From contig JBITNC010000002.1 in assembly GCA_050084985.1 (NCBI GenBank), positions 34,038,001 to 34,102,000 of the forward strand: a stretch of DNA of 64,000 nt, read 5' to 3'. Shown in pieces: positions 15,201-26,800 of the stretch (position 1 is its first letter; the number at the start of each line of letters is the position of its first letter). A program made the translations under genes and the position numbers. The DNA comes from Nageia nagi (taxonomy: Eukaryota; Plantae; Pinophyta). The notes under the pieces are model-generated. The model was not told where the DNA came from and did no database searches. It saw only the letters and a list, made by a program, of their open reading frames with translations.

Positions 15201-16160
15201 TCCTCTTTACAAGTAACATGCATAGAATCAATCAACCAACTATATTCTACAAATGTAAGATATCGACTACAACTATCTGATGGTTCGTACAGTCACCCAA
15301 CATTGCTTCTAGAGAACTACAACAATGTTGTCTCATAAAACTCTTTGGACAAAGGAATTGTTGTTTGCCTGCAACAATACAATTCCAAGATATTCGATAA
15401 CTATATGTACATTCAAAATATTTTACGACTTTCTAAGATTTTCATTTGTCTATGAACATATTTTGATTTATTCCTACATGTCATTTGATTGCAGAGCAAT
15501 TGTAATTGCTCATTTGAATATACTTGCAAGCAATATACACCTTGTTGGAGCTCTAACACCTCTCTTGCAAGCTACAAATGCTCTTCCATCAACTAGCTCC
15601 TATGATTATTTGGGATCTTCTCAATCTTCTCATGGCTCAAAATAAGAGGACAACATCTGCAACAAACAACACAATACAACACCTCTGGCACTAAATTCCA
15701 TTAAAACATTGATCCCAAATATGAGAGAATAGTCCATTGAGGGTAGGGCTATGGGAAAATCAGTAATTCATGAACACCATAATGCTGGTGATGACAAAAA
15801 ACTACTTGGGATTGACTTCATTGATAAAGTTTTTCTCCTCCATAATATTCTCATTTTTGTTTAAAACTAACTTCTAATTTTTGTTCAATAGTTCTCCAAT
15901 TAGAAAAATTCATATTTACTATTTGTTAGTAGTACTTCTAAATATAATGGACAATTTTTTCTGATTTAACATACCATTTAAACATTTAGAGGTATCAATC
16001 TCAAACTATGCTTAAGATTAAGATTAACTTAAGCTAACTGAAACACATTCTTTATATAAGATAAAATAATATCATTTTACTGAATGTTACATGAAATTTG
16101 TAAAGATAGATGTCATATAATGAATTGGTGTTTACTTTTATTAATCTAGTTTGTATGTGT
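12245..16160 (+). repeat. Three dispersed, diverged copies of a ~280-340 bp block inside Helitron A (~12245-12590, ~14430-14703, ~15885-16160)
   Basis: Shared strings catttagagatatcaatctcaaactat, tgcttaagattaagatt, aaagatagatgtcatataatga and ggtgtttacttttattaatcta, with substitutions. Confidence 0.85.
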
Positions 16161-16515
16161 AATAGTGTTACATCTATTATTATGTATGAACCAAGAGGTT
16201 ATAAAGAAACAAATTGTCCCTTCTTTATTTCAAACACTTTACATGTTGCCAAACTAAAAAATAATATATACTTCTATAAAAGGTTTTAATATTTAAATAC
16301 ATGCTTTACATATATATTAAGTCCATCCTTTAAAACATATATATACTTTTTTACTTCATAGCTATCAATTTATAACTTAGTTCATTGTTGCAATTTCAAA
16401 TACAAATGGTTTTTCTCTTTCCAAATATTGTCATATTTCTACCAATTTTTTTTTTTTCTTGTGTTGATACATTTTCCACTGCATCAATTTAACATATAAC
16501 ATATTTTAGTATCAG

Positions 16516-16747
16516 ATCTCTGTACATGGAAAATAAAAGAAAATTCATTGAAACATGCTCCTTGATGTTCTTCTCAGAATTACATCTGCAACTTAACAAA
16601 ATAGATTTGGCTCAAGTTATGCTATGAAAGAGTAATTACAGTCCTATGGAAAGATGGTGTCACAAAAAACCTTTTTGTAGCATACACAGAATTTGATGAT
16701 GAAGAAGAGAAAAATAGAGGATTCTCTTTATGTTTCGTGCTTCCAAG
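16516..16747 (+). pseudogene. Helitron-borne accessory exon of unknown function (copy A)
   Basis: cag|...ATG at 16526: MENKRKFIETCSLMFFSELHLQLNKIDLAQV(fs)CYERVITVLWKDGVTKNLFVAYTEFDDEEEKNRGFSLCFVLPR|gt; homologous to 46312-46543. Confidence 0.7.
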
Positions 16748-17669
16748 GTATCAAATTATTTAGTATACAAGATATCAATTCCAAGTTCAAAATTTGATAG
16801 TTTAAATAACAATATAACTAAGAAACATTCATGATTATTACATATGCACAAATAATAAAATCAAATACTATGTTTACAATATCCTTCACAAAGTGAAGTA
16901 ATTTACATAGATTTGACAAAAATATTCATTTTTTTTTATAATCTTTTCAAATTTATTTGTTTTAAAAGTCACATATAATCATCGTTAATTTACTTCACAA
17001 TTTCTGCAGATCACATTTGTAGATTGACAACAACAAATTTTTCACTCCATAAATAATTTTAGTTCTTAATATGTAAATATATTAAAGAGATTTTGAAATT
17101 TAAATATGTTGAATATATAAATTAGTGAATCTTTGCATATTCTACATTCTTGCTTGAATTGAATTACATTCTTTAATTCTTCCTATCTACATTATCAAAA
17201 CTTCAAATAGTTTTCAAAATCTAATTAGACATACCAAATAACTTATTATATTCATTTTAAAAACCATGTTTAATTTCAAAATTGCATATCTCTTTACACA
17301 TATATTTAATTTTTTTTTTCCGAAAATATTCATCATTTATAATTGACAGAAAATATGTAAACCATATAATGTTCTAAAGCATACCATTGCACATGATTGC
17401 AACAGCTAGTAATACATCAATACATATAAGTAATCACTTTGGATAGATGTAGAATAGTCTACCATAAAACAACACTAGTAGTTCTAAATCTCTACCTACT
17501 TTATATTTTGTTATTTACATAACGCTTCATAATTTGAACAAATCATGTATCATATCAATCTATAATTCTTAAAATATCTGTAATAGTTATTGTCAATTTA
17601 GCATCTCTGGATCAGTTGAAGATTCACTCCTAGGACACGGCATAATGGTCAAACAGACAATGCAAAGAC

Positions 17670-17854
17670 TCAACTCCGTTTCAGTGGAGGGGTATTTGAA
17701 AACTGCCATGTCTTTTGGTGAAGAACTTCAGTATACCTCAAGCCTGCAACCTCATGTTCTGGAACAGCTAAAGTGATCTCGTTCAGTTCTTCTTGTAATA
17801 ATATTGTTTCTAACGTTGCGATATTTTCATCAAAATGTTTTATTTTGGTTGTTC
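17670..17854 (-). CDS. AKR exon 7 (terminal)
   Basis: ctgcag|[15 protein letters not shown]...EVAGLRY...[16 protein letters not shown]. Confidence 0.95.
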
Positions 17855-20800
17855 CTGCAGCCAAAAGTAGTATACAAGTGATTTAACAAAAATTATCTTC
17901 AAGTAAAGACACATATTTAATTCCATAGTGAAATGCTCTATTTGGTATTTTTACCTGGAATGGGGGCAACATCATTGCCTTGGTGAAGCACCCATGCAAG
18001 AGCTAGTTGTGCAGGTGTGCAACCATGTTTCATAGCAAGTTAGAAACTCGTTCATATAGTACTTTATTCTTCTCCAAGTTCTCTCTTTCAAATCGCGGCA
18101 GATGGACCTAACCGAATGCAATAGTGAAAATAATAAATACTAAAAAATAGAAGTTTTGCACAATCTTATAAAGTTCTAAGTTCTCAGCTACTACTGAAGA
18201 ATGACAGGTATTTTGCAATTAAACAATTTTGTAGCCTTCTTTAAGTTATCTCCATGACAACTATGACTCATGTCACATTTTCCTGCCATGATAAAAAACT
18301 TTTGGAACTCCTTGCAAAAAGGTAACTAAAGAGTAATCCAATGTTGGGGTTCACATTGTTGATAAACAGTGAACTGAGTTTACACCTTTAATTAAAACAT
18401 ATTTAGACTAACAATGCCTTTAATGAAGCTGAAAGCATCCCTCCTTGTAGTCCTGGCTAAATTATGTGAAATGTGAGTGAAATGAGAAATCTCATGATGG
18501 AAAATTTTGAAGACAAAGGAAACCAATTCCCTTATATTTAGCATTGATATTTTTAATACTGTTTGTTGAGTTCATGGAAGTCATAGTTAGCAGATTAAGC
18601 TTGATATTCTATATTGCATGTAACATTTGAATGAGACCTTTAGTTCAATTTCTTAGGTCAAGGAATTTCACATATTCACCACATGATGAATTGAGATTTA
18701 GTGTACTTTCTAGGCTTGTCTAGCATTAGTGCATTTAACCAATTCAAGATAATCTACACAGGCATGGAAAGTAAAGAACATCTAGAAATAGGTTATGGCT
18801 CAGAAGAGATCCACAAGTTGGGAAGCTCGTTATAGTTTGCAACTAAAGTTTGAACCGCTAACTCTAAAAGGAACTATACAATAATCAAACAAGGTGGCCC
18901 AGGAATGGGTTTATTTAGCCCATATGTTAAATTCTTCTTGCCAAACCCATTAGTATCATTGTCGTACAGAACCAATAAGACCATCATCTCTGGAAGAATC
19001 TCAAGACGGATTCTCCAGTAACAGGATTTTACATATCAATTGTTTTCCGAAAGGTAAACTAGTGACAGCTGATCATCTGTGGAGTAGGATAAGGGAAGAT
19101 TCCATGGAAGTAAATGATGATAATTTGAACTGTTGGTGGTTTAGAATAACAGTACTATCATAGACGCACAAAGATATTACTTATCAACAGGCTTATTTCC
19201 CTTCAAAGTGCCAATTCCAAAACAAGGGAAAGCATGATAAAAATCCAAGAACTACTAACTAATCAACAACCTATAATACCACATAATTAAATACATATTA
19301 TGAGAAACAATTTATGGCACAAGATCCTTGGAGATGGGACAAAAGCACAGGAAGTACTGGTTTAACAGACATATAAAGAGAATGGGTCTCACACCCAAAT
19401 GTTAGCTTGAAAAACACAATATAGGTGAAATGGACCAAAAGGTTCCAAATTAATGATGCTTAAATAAGAACATTCGATGTGATCACCAAACAAGAATAGG
19501 AACATACAATAGAGTCATCAAGATGGAACTGTATATACACAATTTAAAAATTCATAATTTAAGAAATATTATTCATGGATGGACATTGGTATCCTATATA
19601 TTGAACTTGAGAAGAGTGAAAAACAGTAAACAAGCAAGACCTACTTGTCAAAGATGTTACAATTGATTATTAAATAATGGAATATTTGAGGTTCAAAATA
19701 ATACAAGATGGTACTCTACCAAGTAATACCAATAAATGATGTTTCACAGATCAACACAACAATCACGTAAAGAAACTAGGGTGTCCATGAGTTATACAAC
19801 AATCAAGGGACAACAATTTAGATGGTTTATATGAAGCAGCATTTTTCGACCACAAGTTATACATAAATGTTTGCCTAAGATCACATCCATTATACCATTG
19901 TTCTAAAACTCAAAGCTTAAAATGCCAACTTCTAGCACTCTACATCCAGAATGCCAACATTTTGGGACACGAGAGCCAAAAATGCCAACAAACTAGGACT
20001 ATTGTCCCAAAACACCCAGGTAAACACCAAAATGACCAAATTCAATCACAAATAACAATTTCAGCAGGTTTCAAATCAAAGTAAAAGTCTTAGAAGAGGT
20101 ACAAAACAAAATTTCAAAAAAGAACAACTCAGCATAACAGTAGTAGAATTTCTCAACAAGTTAGATCAACAAGCATTTGTAGATGAGGACCGCCATGATA
20201 TACACCAAATTCCTTCCCATGATTCTAATCTCACTTAACTAATACTGCACTTAATGATCTATAATATATACAACCAATTTTCCCACTTCAATTATAAAAG
20301 AAAAATACAATATCCTAATCCCCTTGATTCATCCAAAAATGAAATATGCAATCCTTATGATGAAACTTGCAATATGCTACTAACTATTGTCTTCTACAGA
20401 AAATTTGTTTAGCACAAGTTCTGCTACTATGAGAACATGCTCACAAGACATGATATCACACACAAGCAGGAATTGTGTTCATCTCTCTAGCTAATGAAGC
20501 AATTCCCATGGTATATAAACCATCTACCATGAACGGTGAGTATCATCCACTATTGCACCACAAGGTATGTTTTCTTAAAATTTTCCTTTATCTTTCACAT
20601 TATCAATTTGCTTAGCTTGCATTGGCATTTTCATGATTAAAATAGCTACATATTTGTATTTATCAAACCTAACTCTTTGCATTACTAGCCTCTTCTTTCA
20701 TACATACCTTGTTCAACAATGAGTAGTTCTTTGGCTATCCCAATAATCACTGAATTTCTCCTTTATGTGCATGCATATTTCTTTTGCTTGCTTTTATGAG

Positions 20801-23800
20801 GAGCTTACCTTTGGTTTTTACTTTCATGTTTGCTTCTACTTTTGGCTAGCCAACCATTTGATTTAGTGATTCTCATCTTTGTGATTGATCTATTTATTCA
20901 TTTTGATGAAACAAAATTTATTGCACAATTGGAGTAACTGTCTTCAAGGATGAACAAGAACTCAAAATAATATTAACAAATGTATCGAAAATTTTTCATG
21001 TGTATGAATTTCGCAAAAACAATGATAACATTCTTCGATGGCTCCAAATGTGCCCATGGAATAGAGGCAACAATAGTACTTATTTCTTCCCCTATAACAT
21101 ATAACTTGTCAACAATGGACAGTAAGGAACTTCCAAAATTAATGAAATATCAAATTCTGAATTATCATATCTGAAATACCACTTCTCAATTTTCGTTTCT
21201 GCAATTTTGAATTATCATCTTTGAAATATAACTTCTAAATTTTCATTCCCACATTACCATTTCTGCAATTCTGAAAATTCAAATTTTCAATTATCATTTG
21301 AAATATTAATCACTTCTAAATTATCATTTCTGCATTATCTAAAATATCGATTCCTGAAATTATCATTTACTGCAATATAGTTTTTGAAATAATAGCTGAA
21401 AAATATCATCTGTTATGCTAGTTCTCCAATAATAATTTCTTAAATATGATTTCTTGATTATCATTTTATGAAAATGCAATATCATTTTTAAAATAACAGC
21501 TGAAAAATATCATGTCAGAAATATCAATTCTACAACATTATTTTCTAAAATTATCATTTATCATCTCTAAAATCAATTTTTGAATTAATAACTGAAAAAC
21601 ATCATTTTTGAAGTATCTATTATGAAATAACTTATAGATTGTCATGCTTTGAAATATCATGTCTAAAATGTCAATTATGACGTATCTATTTGAAAATATC
21701 TTTTATGAAATTATCATGTTTTGAAATATCATTTTTTGAATTATTATTTGCTGAATAATCAAATTCTGAAGTATCTGCTAATTCGTTGCAAAATTATCAA
21801 ATTTTGTTTATGCTTCATGTTTTATCATTTCTGACAAAGCAAGGGTGCCTTATCACTATCAAGAATTATTATATCTCCTGTGATCATCCAGATAGGCAAC
21901 CAAACTCTCCCAATTATTTCAGTTTTGCAAGTTTCAAATGCTTTTTTTTGACCCCATCTTTCACCACAAGCAACCCAAAGAAAAGAAGTAATCAACCCAA
22001 TTTGCTTCAGTATGAAAGAACGTGCCTTATCACTATCAAGAATTATTATATCCCCTGTGATCATCCAAGATAGGCAACCAAGCTCTCCCAATTATTTTAG
22101 TTTTGCAAGTTTCAAATGTTTTTTTTTTACCCCATCTTTCACCACAACAACCCAAAGCAAAAAAAGTAATCAACCCAATTTGCTTCAGTATGAAAGAACG
22201 TCTCATCCAAGCTCTCACTTGTCCTTCTCAACCCTTGGGGCAAGAACAAGTCTCCAACCATATCACAACAAATTTTATCATTATTTGTTTTTCAAAAGTT
22301 TGTTGTCTTTTGCCTAAGAATTTCTTACCAGATCTTGGCAAGGTCTAATGCACAACGCTTCATTAGGCTTGACATCCTTTATATTTTGGAGCATGTGATC
22401 TTGAGTTTTTTTTACCTTCAGTCACATCTCCAAAAGGAGCAAACTATGAAGGCATTTTAGTTATTTAAGAATAAGTCTGCAACCATATCAAAACAAATTT
22501 GATTGTTATGTATTTTTTAAAAGTTTATTGTCTTTTGCCTAACAATTTCTTACCAAATCTTAGCAAGGGCATTTACACAAGGCTTCATTAGGCTTGACAT
22601 CTTTTATATTTTGAGGTATGTGATCTCAAGTTTTTTCCCTCAAACACATCCCAAAAGGAGTATATTATAGGTACTTAAATTTGCATTTTAGCTATTTAAA
22701 ATAATTTTCAAGGTTCCGCAGAACGCGTTCCCGCATTCCTTGTTCCCAAGAATGCCTGGGGAACACCCAGAACTGTTCGCCATGGCTATGGGTAGCCAAC
22801 CACTTAAAAAAAAACTCACACCAAAATTAAGAAAAAAAAGGTGCAAAATAGATTGGGGATGAGACCCACCAATGTCCTTAGCCCCTCCAAACCCTAAAAT
22901 GACTCATATATCCATTCCAAAACAAAAATAAATATTTGGAAATTTTGAGATTTTTACTAGTATTATATTTGTCGTTCCCGAGGTCTTCCCCAAAAATGAC
23001 CTCCCTCGTCCATGTTTTTGGGAATGTGTTCTCCCGTTCCTAGGGCCTTGTGGAATCTTGATAATTTTATTTTATTGATGTACACTATTTATGCAAAATG
23101 TCAATTTCGACCCACTTTAGATAAATTAAGGTTATGTTAATTTCTCTAAATTCCCATTATCTTTTACACATATTGTTCTTAATGGATCCACCTACATGAA
23201 CTCAAAATCCAGTTTGTGAATCCTTTGTAAAACACTCCAAGTGCTCATTTCAAATATGGTGCAAGTTTAAGAATTATTATTATCAAAGATCATCAAGAAA
23301 GAGCAAGCAAAAATACAATATCATCTTCTATCATTAAAATTGACTTGTAAAAACATCCAACGAACTGAAACATGCCTCTTGAAGAAATGCGAGCTAAAAT
23401 AGTTATTCAAACTAGAATGCCCAACATTTTGGCACCCAAGCCCAAAACGCTTGAGACTCTAACACCATAGGCCCAAAACATAGATGCTCTAATCCTGATT
23501 CTTGGCAACCCCTGCAGTTGAACCAAATTGTTTTGGAATGTTCGCAAATCAGTTCTAGCAGCATCTCAAGCACAATCATCATTTCTTGAAATTACCTTGA
23601 AGATAATCATCTTCAAAGTTATCTAAATTTGTCATTTGTTTGCAACTAGGATTCATTCTCCATCAAGAAAGAGCAAGCAAAAATACAATATCATCTTCTA
23701 TCATTAAATTGACATTGTAAAAACATCCAACGAACTGAAACATGCCTCTTGGAAGAAAATGCGAGCTAAAATAGTTATTCAAACTAGAATGCCCAACATT

Positions 23801-26800
23801 TTGGCACCCAAGCCCAAAACGCTTGAGACTCTAACACCATAGGCCCAAAACATAGATGCTCTAATCCTGATTCTTGGCAACCCCTGCAGTTGAACCAAAT
23901 TGTTTTGGAATGTTCGCAAATCAGTTCTAGCAGCATCTCAAGCACAATCATCATTTCTTGAAATTACCTTGAAGATAATCATCTTCAAAGTTATCTAAAT
24001 TTGTCATTTGTTTGCAACTAGGATTCATTCTCCAAGATCACTAGTATCTATCAGCAAGCTTCCAATTCTCCACTTTCCAAATAAGTCTTTTTATATCTAC
24101 TCTTGTAAATTTGCATAATCCTAATTGCTAGATCCTATACTACATATTGGTATTAATCTATTTTCATTCTACGGACAAATTAACATGCATGTTGTAATAC
24201 ATTGCTCATTAGTTTTGTGTCTACAAGTAGACATTATCTTTTCATGATACTGACATTTATACACAATACAAAGATAGTTGTACTCTCATAATATAAATCA
24301 TAGGCATAGGAAAGACAATTGGGATCAGCTTTGGCTTCTCCACATCTCTTGTTTAGCAAACAGCAAGGCAAATTTCCACGAAAGGTCCCTATGAAATATA
24401 TATATGAAGTCACAAGTTCTAAGCACATTTACTTTGTATTTTTCTGGTAAAAGCAGGTGTTCCACTTCCTGTTAGTATGGTCATCAAGGTTTTCAGGCAG
24501 AGAGTTCATTTTCCTATCCTAATTTTCTTCTTGTTTTTCCATTGTAGTTGAAACATATGAACCCACCATTTGCAAAATCTGTGATAGATCATAGGAGTAT
24601 CAGTGATTTGGTTAATATGTTGTATGTAGTTACTTGTATGCATGCATTTTGGTATTGTAATTAAAATGCCCAAACAATAATACTAGAGGGTGATGTATTG
24701 CATGGGCATTGGGCAATACTGTTAGAAATGATGACTATATGATGTGAATCACCTGTTGGAAGAAGGTAAGCATCTTCTAGGTAATGAAGCAAAAGACCAA
24801 AATGAAGCAAATTTGGCCACCTGCAACCCAGAGCATGCCTCAGGAAGACAAAATCCTGACTTTTTGGACCATGTGCCCAGACTGGAGCAGTCGGAGAACT
24901 TGGAGCGCATTTCAAAAAGACAAGATCTTGTCTTTTGAAATCATGTGCCAAGCTTGGAGGGGCCTTTGGGTCAGTTCGTTGGGCAAAATCGGCAAGCTGG
25001 AACACTAGAAGCAAAACGGGCAAGTTGAAGGTTTCATCTTAAGCATGAAGGGTTGAGATGGACGAGTGGGGAACATAGGAAGACAAAATCTTGTCTTTTT
25101 TGGGCATGCACCATGCACCAGCCCTGGAAGAGCCCCAAAACCCCCACGTCTGGTCTCCAATGGTCAGGCATGGAAGTTTGGGTGCGAACACATCTGAGGT
25201 CGGCCATTTGGACGGTCAAGATCAATTCCTCTCATGCCTAGCCGACTAGGGTTTCTTGGAGACCAAAATTTGCCTATAAACATCAGCCTGAGGAGCTCAT
25301 TTTCTCAAACTCAGATTATCTTGCTCCTCATCCTGTGCACCAGAATGGCTGAACCAAACCCCGAGACACCAAAGTAAGGAGGCGAGACAGAGAGAGGCAT
25401 GACCACTGGCGATGCCTCGCCAAGACAGAAGCACAACATTGACATTGCAACCTTAATGAGATCACTGCACTGGATCCCAGCCTGAGAGCAAGAGACGAAT
25501 CTATAGACACTCACTATGTGAGTAGGTTTGTGTTCAAGGTGAACAATACATTTTTTGTCACCAGAGTTACCTTGAACAAAGACCCGGAGAAGCCGCAAGA
25601 CTTGGAGGCTCATAATCCCTTAAGATTGAAACTGATGAAGTCAAATCCATTGGGGTAGAGCGGATAAGAGATGTCACCAAGCTTGCCAAGGAGCTGGAAG
25701 AGAGGCATGGTGAAAACAGAGACAGAGAAGGTGGACCAACAGGAATAGACCGAAGAATCATCAAAGCGTGATGTAGGCGCAACAATTAGCTTTATTTTAT
25801 GTTATTTTATTGCAATTTTATCTTTAAATTTGGATCTCAAAGACTTATTAAATTTTGTACAGCCTTGTGACGATGAGGATTTGCTCCCACAAGTGCTGGA
25901 ATGAATCTTGTAATGCCATGTGGCATATTCTTATTGGACCTTTTTTATTTTTCTTGAAACTCGTAATTAGGGTTAAGGCAACACAATGGTTGCTCCAAAA
26001 ACTATTTATACCCCATTTTGATTCATTTGTAAGGGGGATTGACACTTTAACAATTGAAAGGAACTTTTTGCTTGCCAAACCAAAAATTCTCTAAGTTGTT
26101 AAATGTGGTGTATGTATACTAACTGTGACGAAATGCTTCTCATGTTGTAATGCCAAATATGAATGAATGATTGACAATGCTGTCTAGTTTGTTCTATCAC
26201 TACTTTGTGTTGATTTTCATCACTTGGTGCATCCTGTAAATTCCGTGTGGAGTGGACAAGAGAGTGCTTGTATATCTTATGAAGTGGTTGATTAGCATAT
26301 TGTTGATGATATTTTGTCATTTGCAATCTTAGGTTTAGATACCTCAAGTTGTCTTGTTGATGTCGCTGATAGTAGGAACTTCACCCGGATTGTTGAGTGT
26401 TGCCTTCACCCATCCTATTCCATCCTTGCCACAGCTTCACGCTCCTTCCACTAGACCATTGTGTTGTTGGCTAGTGGGATGGATTGAGGGTGCATGGAAC
26501 CTACGTCGAGACCCAACAAGTCGACTCTTAAGGACCTTATCCCAAGCCCGTGTGTACGCATGTCTACAGTTGCATCTCACTACCCACAGTCTTTCCACTA
26601 ATTTTTCATTTTTTTTATTTTACACTTTTTTCCGCGATTTTCGCACCCCCTTATTTCCCTATAGCATTTTCCAAAACAACTTAGACTGGCTACAAAGATG
26701 ATTTGAGTCCTTGAATCCACACATGATATTCATGTTGATCGCAGCTCCAAACATCTCAGCCATTCTCTAAGTTATCCTCACCAAGTCGTGAAGCTAACCT

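Larger units (their letters stand above)
7125..17409 (+). mobile_element. Helitron A, non-autonomous, ~10.3 kb, containing a Copia fragment
   Basis: 3' end ccATTGCAcatgatTGCAAcagCTAG|T at 17384-17410 matches Helitron B (47129-47154). The 5' region shares GATGGAATTAATTTAAAC (7223 vs 42529) at similar spacing from an upstream ATTAC. It shares a coding exon with B (16516-16747). No RepHel seen; 5' boundary approximate. Confidence 0.7.

Noticed and set aside
20370-21130. hAT transposase remnant on the minus strand
   Set aside because: Only vague resemblance (SW*MVY); no diagnostic motif could be read with confidence.
24661-26701. Cluster of 60-120 aa ORFs on both strands
   Set aside because: Chance ORFs in a higher-GC solo LTR; no recognisable domain.
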